Shown one piece after another: positions 48,321-61,500 of a stretch of DNA of 64,000 bases. Position 1 is the first letter of the stretch. Each line of letters starts with the position of its first letter. This DNA comes from Squalus acanthias (taxonomy: Eukaryota), in the NCBI GenBank assembly GCA_030390025.1, contig CM059425.1, positions 174,408,001 to 174,472,000 on the forward strand, given 5' to 3'. The notes beneath the pieces were generated by a model. That model was not told the origin of the DNA. It saw nothing but the letters and a program-made list of their open reading frames with translations, and did not search any database. The translations under genes and the position numbers were made by a program.

Positions 48321-51299
48321 AACAAACTTTGTAACAGTACATGATCAAAGAAATAACAAAATTGACCCAAGCATCCTATCTGCTGTGAAGAGGCAGGATG
48401 TTGTTATGGAAACTGAGACTGAAAATCTGTAGCCTTTCCAGTGCATTCCTGCTGTAAGTCTGGCAAGAGGGCTACGAATTAGGCTGGGACCCAAATATGC
48501 CAGGTTCCAACCTTAATTGGCAGTTTCCAGTGGCCTTTTTGGGGACAGAGCCTCTACCTGCCCCCAACAAGGGCACCAAAGTAAGGGATGTTCAGGTCAG
48601 AAGGTTCCTCATCTCCAGTCAGGTGGGACAGCCTTCCACCTTAAGGGTAAATTCTAGGAAGGATATAATTAACTATCAGCATAAACACTGCTTGGGGCTT
48701 TCCCAATAATAGTGTTGTAAAGAAGTAATGACCGTCTTATTTCAAATTTCCTCTTGCACACAGAAACGACAATCAAAGATTCACACAAACCTGTGCTTGT
48801 ATCTGTTCAGGTATGGTTCAGGGCCTTCCCCATATGCCCCACAGTGCTCTAAAACAGAACAATACAGTTTGCCATTCTGTGATTGGTTAGCTGTCAGAGA
48901 CTACTTTGTATGCTGCAATCCGGCGGCGGGACATAAAGCAGAGTGGAGGAACAGCGCGGACCTAATTGGAGGCGGTATCAGCAGCAGCTGAACCTTCCAT
49001 GATTTCCAAAAAAAAAGTGTGATGTCACAGAACAGCAGGTAGGTGATTGGTTGGTGAGTATTAAGGCTTTTTTCTTTCTAAGCTAAGACAGTGGTTTAAA
49101 CTAGGGAGCAGGAAACTATAACAAACTGTATTAAATTTATAGCTTAAACTAGTTAAACTAATTAATATAACTATAAATAATCATTGAATAAAGACTTTAA
49201 CTAATTAAATAAATAAAATAAGGCTAGACTAAGATATGGCAGGGCAGGTTGTGTGTCCGGACTGCAGTATGTGGGAGTTTGTGGACAGTGAGACTGTCCC
49301 AAACGAATATGCCTGCAGGAGATGTCTCCATCTCGAATCTCTCCGGCTCAGTCATTGAGCTGGAGTACGAGTTAGAGACACTCCGACACATAAGGGTGGG
49401 GGAGGAATTTCTGCACAGTTTTATCCTGAATACAGTCACACCCCAGAGGAAAGCACAAGTTCAGGAAAGGGAGGGTGTGACTGTTAGGGAGACGGGTAGC
49501 GGGAATTTAGGAGAGGTTGAGAAGGAAGTCCCGCAGACACTGGTCCTGTCCAACAGGTACAATGTACTCGCTACCTGTGAGGACAAGGAGAAAGACTGCA
49601 GGGAGGACAGCCACAATGCAGACCAAGGCACCGTGGCTCAGAAGTGGGGGGAAGAGCAGAATAGAAATGTGGTAGTGATAGGGGACTCTATAATTAGGGG
49701 AATAGATAGCGTCCTCTGCAGCCAAGAACGAGAATCCCGAAGGGTGTGTTGCCTCAAATGGTCTGCGCTGTTCCAGGGTAAGGGATACCTCACGGAGGCT
49801 GGAGAGGAACTTGGATAGGGGAGGGGGTAAATCCAGTTGTCGTGGTCCATGTTGCAACAAATGACATAGGTAGGAACAGGGAGGAGGTCCTGCTGAAAGA
49901 GTATCAGGAGTTAGGATCTAAATTAAGAAGCAGGACCTCGAGGGTAATAATCTCTGGATTATTGCCCGAGCCACGTGCAAATTGGCATAGAAGCAGACAG
50001 ATCAGGAGAATTAACATGTGGCTAAAGGGCTGGTGTGGGAAAGAGGGGCTCCTTTTCATGGGACACTGGCACCAGTTCTGGGACAGGAAGAGCTGTACAG
50101 ATGGGACAGGCTCCACGTGAACCGGGATGGGACCCATGTCCTAGCGGAAAGGGTAAATAGGGAGGTGGCAAAGGCGTTAAACTAGTAAGATGGGGGAAGG
50201 ATCTACAAGAAACATAACCAGCCTAAATATTTTTTAAAAAAAGGAAAAGAGAGCATAGGAAGCAATACAGTAAGGGAGGACATTGATGGCAAGGAAATAA
50301 ATAGAGTTATAGAACAGGAGTCTAAAAAGATGGTTAAACATAAAGTGAGAGGAAATCCTATTAAAACTGAGTTAAACTGTCTGTACAGCAATGCACACAG
50401 TGTCTGTAATAAAACAGGGTAGCTGGAGGCAATCATGCGTTGCGAGGAACCAGACATAGTAGGGATTACTGAGACATGGCTACAGAAAAGTCAGGACTGG
50501 GAATTAAACATTACAGGTATAAGATATTTAGAAAAGATAGGAAGGGAAAAAGGGGACGTGGAGTAGCTGCACTTATTAGGGATAACATAATGGTAGTAGA
50601 AAAAAGTGATGCAGATATCAGCAAGACAAAAATAGAATCCATATGGATAGAGATAAAAATAATAAAGGATCAATCACACTAATAGGCGTAGTCTACAGAC
50701 CACCTAATAGTGGAAGGGAGGTGGAGGAAGAAATATGCAGACAAATTTGGGAAATGAGTAAAAAACATAGAATAATAATCATGGGGGATTTCAACTACCT
50801 CAATATTAATTGGACAGAAGAGGTAGGTAAAGGGGATAAGGGAATGGAGTTCCTACAATGTGTACAGGACTCCTTTCTAATCCAATATGTAAAAAGCCCA
50901 ACAAGGGAGGATTCGCTATTGGATCTAGTAGGGGAACATCTAGGCAATAGTGACCATAATATAATACGCTTTAAGATGATAATTGAGAAGGACATAAGTA
51001 TGACGAAAACCAGGTTAATAGATTGGAGAAAAGCTGATTTTGAGGGGCTAAGAATAGAACATGGGAAAATAAAACGGGCAACAATATTGGCAAACAACGA
51101 TGTAGAACATCAATGGGAAACATTTAAAATGGTGTTCAACAGAGTGCAGGAAAAATATATTCTGCTAAAAGAAAAGAACAAACTAAACAATAATGAGACT
51201 CCATGGATGAATAAAGCCATGAGGGAACAATTGAGGGTAAGGAAAGAGGCATACATTAAGTACACAGACAGCAGGGAGTGCATGATAAGGAAGAATATG

Positions 51300-51385
51300 A
51301 AGGGGGGGGGGAGGGGGAGATGGGGGATGGGGGGATGGGGGGATGGGGGGATGGGGAAGGGGAAGGGGAAGGGGAAGGGGAAGGG
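51300..51385. repeat. G-rich (GGGGAT/GGGGAA)n tract at a CR1-CR1 junction
   Basis: Directly visible. Confidence 0.85.
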
Positions 51386-51389
51386 TACC

Positions 51390-54300
51390 GGTGGAGAGAA
51401 ATCTATAATGCTAAAGAGAAAAGACAAGGAAGCAGTGCCGGGAAGTGATTGGGGTAAGGATAACCAAATTGTGTCAGGAAGGGACAGAGCGTACAAACAA
51501 AGGAGTGCACTAACAAATAGGGTCTGGGTAAGAAAAAATGGTAATAAGACAAATAGGGCCATAGTACAAAAAAATGTTAAGAAGTCTAAAAATGTTAAAG
51601 ACAAATCTAAAGGCACTGTATCTGAAAGCATGAAGCATTCGTAATAAGGTAGACGAATTAACAGCACAAATAGATCTAAACGGATATGATACAATTGCGA
51701 TTACGGAGACATGGCTGCGGGGTGACCAAGGCTGGGAGCTGAATATCCAAGGATATTTGATATTTAGGAAGGACAGGCAAAAAGGAAAAGGAGGTGGGTT
51801 GGCCTTGTAAATAAAGGATGAAATCAGAGCAATAGTGAGAGGATATTGGCTCAGAAAATCAAGATGTAGAATCAGTCTGGGTGGGGCTAAGAAGCATCAA
51901 GGGGCAGAAAACATTGGTGGAAGTTCTCTTTTGGCCACCAAACAGTAGTGGTAATGTAGGGGATGGCATCAAACAGGAAATTAGAGCTGCATGTAACATG
52001 GGTACTACAGTAATCATGGGTGACTTTAATCTGCATATAGACTGGCCAAACCAAATTAGCAATAATACTGTGGAGGATGAATTTCTGGAGTGTGTACGAG
52101 ATGGTTTTTTAGACCAGTACGTTGAGGAGCCAACTAGGGAACAGGCTATCCTAGATTGGGTATTGTGCAATGAGAAGGGGTTAATTAATAATGTTGTTGT
52201 GCAGGGTCCTTTAGGGAAGAGTGACCATAACATGATAGAATTCTTCATTAAGATGGAAAGTGAAGAAGTCCAATCCAAAATTAGGGTCCTAAATCTAAAC
52301 AAAGGAAACTACCATGGTATGAGGAGTGAGTTGGCTATGACAGATTGGGGAGCTTCATTAAAAGGCTTGACGGTGGATAGGCAATGGCTAACATTTAAGG
52401 AACGAATGTATGAATTGCAACAGTTATACATTCCTTTCTGGTGCAAAAACACAAAAGGAAAAGCGGCCCAACCATGGCTAACAAAAGAAATTAAGGGTAG
52501 TATTAGATCCAAAGAGGAGTCATATAAAATAGCCAGAAAAAGTAGCAAGCCTGAGGATTGGGAGCAGTTTAGAGTTCTGCAAAAAAGGACCAAGAGATTG
52601 ATTAAGAGGGGAAAAATAGAGTATGAGAGTAAACTTGCAAGGAACATAAAAGCGGATTGTAAAAGCTTCTTCAAGTATGTAAAAAGAAAAAGATTACTGA
52701 AGACAAATGTAGGTCCCTTACAGTCAGAAATGGGAGAATATATATTGGGGAACAAGGAAATGGCAGAGCAATTAAACAAATTCTTTGGTTCTGTCTTCAT
52801 GGAAGAGGACACAAATAACTTCCCAGAAATGCTAGGGAACCAAGGGTCTAGTGAGAAGGAGGAATTAAAGGAAATTAATATTAGTAAAAAAATAGTGCTG
52901 GAGAAATTAATGGGACTGAAAGACAACAAATCCCCAAGGCCTGATAACCTGCATCCCAAAGTACTAAAAGAGGTAGTCATGGAAATAGTGGATGCATTGG
53001 TTGTCATCTTCCAAAATTCTATAGATTATGGAACAGTTCCTGCAGATTGGAGGGTGGCAAATGTAACCCCACTATTTAAAAAAGGAGGGAAGAGAGAAAA
53101 CAGGGTACTACAGACCGGTTAGCCTAACATCAGTAGTAGGGAAAATCCTAGAGTCTATTATAAAGGATGTGATAACAGGACACTTAGAAAATATCAACGG
53201 GATTAGACAAAGTCAACATGGATTTATGAAAGGGAAATCGTGTTTGACAAACCTACTGGAGTTTTTTGAGGATGTAACTGGTAGAATAGATAAGGGAGAA
53301 CCAGTGGATGTGGTGTATTTGGATTTTCAGAAGGCCTTTGATAAAGTCCCACATAAGAGGTTAGTGTGCAAAATTAAAGCACATGGATTGGGGGTAATAT
53401 ACTGGCATGGATTGAAAATTGGTTAACAGACAGGAAACAGAGAGTAGGAATAAATGGGTCTTTTTCAGGGTGGCAGGCGGTGACTAGTGGGGTACCGCAG
53501 GGATCAGTGCTTGGGCTCCAGCTATTCACAATATATATCAATGATTTGGATGAGGGAACCAATTGTAATTTTTCCAAGTTTGCTGACGACACGAAACTAG
53601 GTGGAATTGTGAGTTGTGAGGAGGATGCAAAGAGGCTTCAAGGTGATTTAGACAAGTTGAGTGAGTGGGCAAATACATGGCAGATGCAACATAATGTGGA
53701 TAAATGTGAAGTTATCCACTTCGGTAGGGAAAAACAGAAAGGTAGAGTATTATTTAAATGGTGATAGATTGGGAAATGTTGATGTACAGAGAGACTTCGG
53801 TGTCCTTGCACACCAGTCACTGAAAGCAAACATGCAGGTGCAGCAAGCAGTTAGGAAGGCAAATGGTATATTGGCCATCATTACAAGAGGATTTGAGTAC
53901 AGGAGCAAGGATGTCTTACTGCAGTTCTACAGGGCCTTGGTGAGACCACACCTGGAGTACTGTGTGCAGTTTTGGTCTCCTTACCTAAGAAAGGATATAC
54001 TTGCCATAGAGGGAGTGCAGCGAAGGTTCACCAGACTGATTCCTGGGATGGCACGACTGTCGTATGAGGAAAGATTGGGTCGACTAGGCCTGTATTCACT
54101 AGAGTTTAGAAGAATGAGAGGGGATCTCATTGAAACGTATAAAATCTGACAGGGCTAGACAGACTGGATGCAGGGAGGATGTTTCCCCTGGCTGGGGGGT
54201 CTAGAACGAGGGGTCACAGTCTCAGGATACGGGGTAGGACATTTAGGACAGAGATGAGGGAAATTTCTTCACGCGGAGGGTGGTGAACCTGTGGAATTCT

Positions 54301-54507
54301 CTACCACAGAAGGCTGTGGAGGCCAAGTCACTGAATATATTTAAGAAGGAGATAGATGGATTTCTAGACACAAAAAGCATCAAGGGGTATGGGGAGAGAG
54401 CGGGAATATGGTATTGAAATAGAGGATCAGCCATGATCATATTGAATGGTGGAGCAGGCTTGAAGGGCCGAATGGCCTACTCCTGCTCCTATTTTTCTAT
54501 GTTTCTA
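51390..54507 (+). mobile_element. CR1 with complete but disrupted ORF2 (EN+RT), nested
   Basis: ITETWL, MGDFN, SDHN, 413-aa ORF, RT motifs, 3' UTR with tttctatg repeats. Confidence 0.95.
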
Positions 54508-54689
54508 TTTAGACTTTGGAATCATAAACATAATTTCTAAATTTGCAGAAGACTCCAAATTGGGGGGTGGGGGGTGAGATTAGTCAATACCGAGGAGGAC
54601 TGCAACAAATTACAGGAGGACATTAATAAACTTGCAGAATGGGCTTATAATTGGCAAATGAAGTTCAACACAGATAAATGTGAGGCAAT

Positions 54690-55433
54690 GGGCCGAAAAT
54701 TGATCCCGGGACGCGAGAGTACGCACTGCGTACTCTCGCGTATTCCCACTCCAATTGCCGGTTTTCTGCATGCCCTGCGCATGCGCTGAAAACCGGCAAT
54801 TGCTCTTCTGAAAAGGGGGCGGGTCCTCGGTGCATCGCGTGCGCGCTACAGGCTGCGCGCACGCTGTGCACTTCATGCTTTGGACGCGCAGGTAAGTACG
54901 GAAGATTTTGGAAATGTAAAAAGGAGGAGTAAGACCCGCTTTTAAGAAGGTAAGTAGTGAATTAAGTAGTTTTTTGATTTTTTTTTTTACAGGTATATCT
55001 TTTTTAGAGACTTTAAAGACAGGTAAGTTTATTTTTATAACTTTTTAAAAGATTTTAAATTTTTTTAAAAATTTAATTTTTTATTTAAAATGGTTAATTT
55101 AATTAACTATACTTATTTTATTAATGTGATGGTTTTTTTTTTTAATTTAATTGAGGTTTAGCTGTTATTTTTGGGGGGTGTAAGATTCATAGATTTCACA
55201 GGGTGCTGTGAAACTTATGAATGGAAGATGGTGTGCTGCCATTGGCTCTAACTGAGTCACGTGATCCCACAGCTCGCACGAATTCACTACGCCGCTGGGA
55301 TACGCAAGCACTGCCCAGCTGATCTCTAGAACATGAAGTTCGTGCGAGCTGGATCTGAAAAAGCACAAGTGAGGTGAGAGATCGCGGGAAAGCCTTACCG
55401 CCGCGGGAACAGAGTGAGATCAATTTCTGGGCC
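54690..55433. mobile_element. MITE (Harbinger-type TIR GG(G/C)C..AAATTGATC) nested in CR1
   Basis: Imperfect TIRs; host CR1 reading KCEA|..FGRKNR resumes after it. Confidence 0.8.
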
Positions 55434-55620
55434 ATTACTTTTTGGTAGGAAGAATAGGGAGGTCACTTATCATTGGAGGGTGCGAGTCTAGGTGGGGTAG
55501 AGGAACAAAGGGATCTCGGAGTACAAATCACAACGTCGCGGCACAGTTTAGCAAGGCCTTAAAAAAGGCAAATCAAGCACTAGGGTTTATTTCTAGAGGT
55601 ACAGAATTGAAAAGTAGGGA

Positions 55621-58090
55621 AGCAACCTTAGATCTGGTCCTGTGTAACGAGACAGGATTAATTAAAAATGTCCTAGTAAAGGATCCCCTTGGAATGAGTG
55701 ACCATAACATGGTTGAATTCCATATTCAATTAGAGGGTGAGAAGGTTGGATCTCAAACAAGCGTGCTAAGCTTGAATAAAGGAGACTATGAAGGTATGCG
55801 AGCGGAATTTAGTAGAGTGGATTGGGAAAATAGATTAAAGGGTAAGACGATACATGATCAGTGGTGTACATTTAAGGAGTTATTTTACAACTTCCAAAAA
55901 ATATATATTCCACTGAGAAGAAAAGGGTGTAAAAGAAAAGACAGTCATCCGTGGCTAAGTAAAGAAATTAAGGATAGTATTCGACTAAAAACAAGGGCTT
56001 ATAAGGTAGCCAAATCTAGTGGGAGGATAGAGGATTGGGAAAACTTTAAAAGGCAGCAAAAAATAACAAAAAGATTGATTAAGAAAGGGAAGATAGATTA
56101 TGAAAGTAAATTAGCAAAAAATATAAAAACAGATAGTAAGAGTTTTTATAGTTATATAAAAAGAAAAAGGGTGGCTAAAGTAAATGTTGGTCCCTTAGAG
56201 GATGAGACCGGGAAATTAATGGTGGGAAATATGGAGATGGCAAATACACTGAATGAATATTTTGTATCAGTCTTTACAGTAGAGGACACTAAGAATATCC
56301 CAACACTGGACAAACAGGGGGCTATAGGGGGGAGGAGCTAAACACGATCAAAATCACTAAGGAAGTGGTACTTGGTAAAATAATGGGACTCAAGGCGGAT
56401 AAGTCACCTGGACCTGATGGCTTACATCCTAGGGTCTTGAGGGAAGTGGCGGTAGGGATTATGGATGCATTGGTAATAATTTTCCAAAACTCCCTGGACT
56501 CAGCAAAGATCCCGGCAGACTGGAAAACTGCTAATGTAACACCCTTATTTAAAAAGGGCAGTAGACAGAAGGCTGGAAACTATTCCATCTGTGGTAGGTA
56601 AAATTTTGGAGTCCATTATTAAGGAGACAGTAACGGGATATTTGGATAATCATAATTTAATAGGACAAAGTCAGCATGGTTTTTTGAAGGGGAAGTCATG
56701 TTTGACAAATTTGCTGGAGTTCTTTGAGGAAGTAACATAAAGGGGAACCAGTGGATGTGGTGTATTTAGACTTCCAAAAGGCATTTGACAAGGTGCCACA
56801 CAAGATTATTGCTCAAGATAAAAAATCACGGGATTGGGGGTAATATTCTGGCATGGATAGAGGATTGGCTATCTAACAGAAGGCAGAGAGTTGGGATAAA
56901 TGGTTCATTCTCAGACTGGCAATCAGTAACTAGTGGTGTTCCGCAGGGGTCAGTGCTGGGTCCCCAACACTTTACAATCTATATTAACGATTTGGAGGAG
57001 GGGACCGAGTGTAACATATCAAAGTTTGCAGATGATACTAAGATGGGAGGGAAAGTAGCGAGTGAGGAGGACATAAAAAATCTGCAAGGGGACATAGACA
57101 GGCTAAGTAAGTGGGCAGAGATTTGGCAGATGGAATACAATACTGGAAAGTGTGAGGTTATGCACTTTGGCAGTAAAAATAGTAGAGCAAGTTATTATCT
57201 TAATGGCAAGAAACTGGAAAGTACTGAAGTACAAAGGGATCTGGGGGTCCTGGTGCACGAAACTCAAAAGGTTAGTATGCAGGTGCAGCAAGTGATTAAG
57301 AAGGCCAATGGAATGTTGGCTTTCATTGCTAAGGGGATAGAATATAAAAATAGGGAGGTATTGCTTCAGTTGTACAAGGTATTGGTGAGACCGCACCTGG
57401 AATACTGCATACAGTTTTGGTGTCCATACTTAAGAAAAGACATACTTGCTCTCGAGTCAGTACAAAGAAGGTTCACTCGGTTAATCCCGGGGATGAGGGG
57501 ATGGACATATGAGGAGAGGTTGGGTAGATTGGGACTCTACTCATTGGAGTTCAGAAGAATGAGAGGCGATCTTATTGAAACATATAAGATTGTGAAGGGG
57601 TTGGATCGGGTGGATGCGGGGAGGATGTTCCTGATGATGGGTGAAACTAGAACTAGGGGGCATAGTCTTAGAATAAGGGGCTGCTCTTTCAAAACTGAGA
57701 TTAGAAGGAACTACTTCACTCAGAGGGTGGTAGGTCCATGGAATATGCTGCCCCAAAAAGCTGCAGAAGCTACATCATTACATAAATTTAAAACAGAAAT
57801 AGACAGTTTCCTAGAAGTAAAGGGAATTAAGGGTTACGGGGAGCGGGCAGGAATTTGGACATGAGTCTAGGTTCGGATCGGTCATGGCCCTGTGGGTAGC
57901 GTAGCGGGCCCAGGGGCTGTGTAGCCTGATCCTGCTCCTATTTCGTGTGTCCAATTCTGTTAGGTTCAGGAGATGGTTCTGTGATAGTAGATTGGCAGAT
58001 AGGATCAGATCAGCCATGATCTTATTGAATGGCGGAGCAGGCTCGAGGGGCCAATTGGCCTACTCCTGCTCCTATTTCTTATGTTCTTAT
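55621..58090 (+). mobile_element. CR1 (EN end, RT, duplicated 3' UTR), nested
   Basis: SDHN; 359-aa RT ORF; tail ttcttatgttcttat. Confidence 0.95.
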
Positions 58091-58579
58091 GTTATGCTAA
58101 ACCTGTATCGAACCTTGGTTAGACCATACTTGGAGTACTGCGTACAGTTCTGGTCGTTATATTATAAAAAGGATATAGAGGCACTGGAGAGGGTGCAGAG
58201 AAGATTTACAAGGATGATACCAGAAATGCGAGAGTATACATATCAGGAAAGGATGAACAGGCTGGGTCTCTTTTCTCTTCAAAAAAGGCTGAGGGGTGAC
58301 CTAATAGAGGTCTTTAAAATTATTAGAGGTTTTGATAGAGTGGATAGAGAGAATGTTTCCACTTGTGGGGAAGAGCATAACTAGAGGCCATCAATATAAG
58401 ATAGTCATCAAGAAATCCAATAGGAAATTCAGAAGAAGCTTCTTTACCCAAAGAGTGGTGAGAATGTGGAACTCGCTACCACGGAGTGGTTGAAACGAAT
58501 ACTATCGATGCATTTAAGGGGAGGCTAGACAAACATATGAGGGTTATGCTGATAGATTTAGATGAGGCAAGACAGGAGG

Positions 58580-61500
58580 GAACAGTAGCGTAGCGGTAAT
58601 GTCACTGGGCTAGTAATCCAGAGACCTGGATTAATGATCTAGAGACGTGAGTTCCCACTACCTGGAGAATTTAAATTCAGTTAATTAAATAAATCTCGAA
58701 TAATTACCAGTATCAGTAATGGTAACCATGATTGTCGTAAAAACCCATCTGGTTCACTAATGCCCTTTAGGGAAGGAAATCTGCCATACTTACCTGGTCT
58801 GGCTTATACCAGACCCACTCTTAAATGGCCTAGCAAGTCACTCAGTTGTAACTAACCGCTACGAAACATAAGAAGAATGAAACCGGACGGACCACCCGTC
58901 ATCGACCTCGGCACCGGCTACGGACACGGCACACCCAGCCTCCTCACTAACGTCTGAGGACTTTTGCCAAAATTGGGAGAGCTGTCCCACAGACTAGTCA
59001 AGCAAAACAGCCTGACATAGTCATACTCACAGAATCATACCTTTCAGCCAATGTCCCAAACTCCTCCACCATCCCTGGGTATGCCCTGTCCACCGGCGGC
59101 ACAGTGGTATACAGTCGGGAAGGAGTGGCCCTGGGTGTCCTCAACATTGACTCCAGACCCCATGATGTCTCATGGCTCCAGGTCAAGCATAGGCAAGGAA
59201 ACCTCCTGTTGATTAACACCTACCGCCCCGTCCCTCAGCTGATGAATCAGTACTCCTCCATGGAAGAAGCACTGAGAGTAGCAAGGGCACAGAATGTACT
59301 CTGGGTAGGGGACTTCAATATCCATCACCAAGAGTGGCTCCATAGCACCACTACTGACCGAGCCCTGAAGGACATAACTGCCAGCCTGGACCTGCGACAG
59401 GTGGTGAGAGAACCAACATGAGAGGAAAAACCTACTTGACCTCGTCCTCACCAACCTACCTGTCGCAGATGCATCTGTCCATGACAGTATTGGTAGCAGT
59501 GACCACCACACAGTCATTGTGGAGACTAAGTCCCATCTTCACACTGAGGACACCCTCCATTGTGTTGTGTGGCACTACCACCGTGCTAAATGGGATAGAT
59601 TCAGAACAGATCGAGCAGCTCAAAACTGGACATCCATGAGGCACTGTGGGCCATCAGTAGCAGCAGAATTGTATTCCACCACAATCTGTAATCTCATGGC
59701 CTGGCATATCCCTCAGTCTACCATTACCATCAAGCCAGGGGACCAACCCTGGTTCAATAAGGACTGTAGAAGAGCATGCCAGGAGCAGCACCAGGCGTAC
59801 CTAAAAATGAGGTGCCAACCTGGGGAAGCTGCAACACAGGACTACATGCATGCTAAAAAGCGGAAGCAGCATGCTATAGACAGGGCTCAGCGATCCCACA
59901 ATCAACGGATCAGATCAAAGCTCTGCAGTCCTGCCACATCCAGTTGTGAATGGTGGTAGACCATTAAACAACTAACGGAGGAGGAGGCGGCTCCATGAAT
60001 ATCCCCATCCTCAATGATGGTGAAGCCCAGCACGTGAGTGCAAAAGACAAGGCTGAAGCATTTGCAACCAGCTTCAGCCAAAAGTGCTGAGTGGATGATC
60101 CATGTCGGCCTACTCCTGAGATCCCCACCATCATAGAAGCCAGTCTTCAGCCAATTCGATTCACTCCACATGATATCAAGAAACGGCTGAGCGCACTGGA
60201 TACAGCAAAGACTATGGGCCCGGACAACATCCCAGCTATCGTGCTGAAGACTTGTGCTCCAGAACTAGTCGCCTCTAGCCAAGCTGTTCCAGTACAGCTA
60301 CAACACTGGCATCTATCCGACAATGTGGAAAACTGCCCAGGTATGTCCTGTCCACAAAAAGGACAAATCCAACCCGGCCACTTACCGCCCCATCAGTCTA
60401 CTTTCAATCATTAGCAAAGTGATGGAAGGTGTCATCGACAGTGCTATCAAGCGGCACTTGCTCACCAATAACCTGCTCACTGATGCCCAGTTTGGGTTCC
60501 GCCAAGACCACTCGGCTCCCGACCTCATTACAGCCTTGGTCCAAACATGGACAAAGGAGCTGAATTCCAAATGGTGAGGTGAGAGTGACTGGCCTTGACA
60601 TCGAGGCAGCATTTGACCGAGTCTGGCATCAAGGAGCCCTAGTAAAATTGAAGTCAATGGGAATTGGGGGGGGAAAACGCTCCAATGGCTGGAGTCATAC
60701 CTAGCACAAAGGAAGATGGTTGTGGTGGTTGAAGGTCAATCGTCACAGCCCCAGGACATCGCTGCAGGAGTTCCTCAGGGCAGTGTCCTAGGCCCAACCA
60801 TCTTCAGCTGCTTCATCAATGACCTTCCCTCCATAAGGTCAGAAATGGGAATGTTCGCTGATGACTGCACAGTGTTCAGCGCCATTCACAACTCCTCAGA
60901 TAATGAAGCAGTCCATGCCCTCATGCAACAAGACCTGGATGACGTTCAGGCTTGGGCTGATAAGTGGCAGGTAACATTCGCGCCACACAATTGCCAGGCA
61001 ATGACTATCTCCAACAAGTGAGAGTCTAACCACCTCCCCTTGACATTCAACGGCACTACCATTGCTGAATCACCCACCATCAACATCCTGGGGGTCACCA
61101 TTGACCAGAAACTTAACTGGACCAGCCACATAAATACTGTGGCAACAACAACAGCAGGTCAGAGGTTAGGTATTCTGCGGCGAGTGTCTCACCTTCTGAC
61201 TCCCCAAAGCCTTTCCACCATCTACAAGGCACAAGGAAGGAGTGTGATGGAATACTCTCCACTTGCCTGGATGAGTGCAGCTCCAACAACACTCAAGCAG
61301 CTTGACACCATCCAGGACAAAGCAGCCTGCTTGATTGGCACCCCATCCACCACCTTAAACATTCACTCCCTCCACCACCAGCGTACCATGGCTGCAGTGT
61401 GTACCATCTACAAGATGCACTGCAGCAACTCGCCAAGGCTTCTTCGGCAGCACCTCCCAAACCCGCGACCTCTCCCACCTAGAAGGACAAGGGCAGCAGG

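Noticed and set aside
58580..58660. Functional tRNA-Thr gene
   Set aside because: No acceptor stem, broken T-arm, oversized variable region, and it lies inside a TSD-bounded retroelement.
58786..58797. ATACTTACCTGG, identical to the U1 snRNA 5' end
   Set aside because: Only 12 nt match, the following sequence is not U1, and the second copy at ~37585 lacks it.
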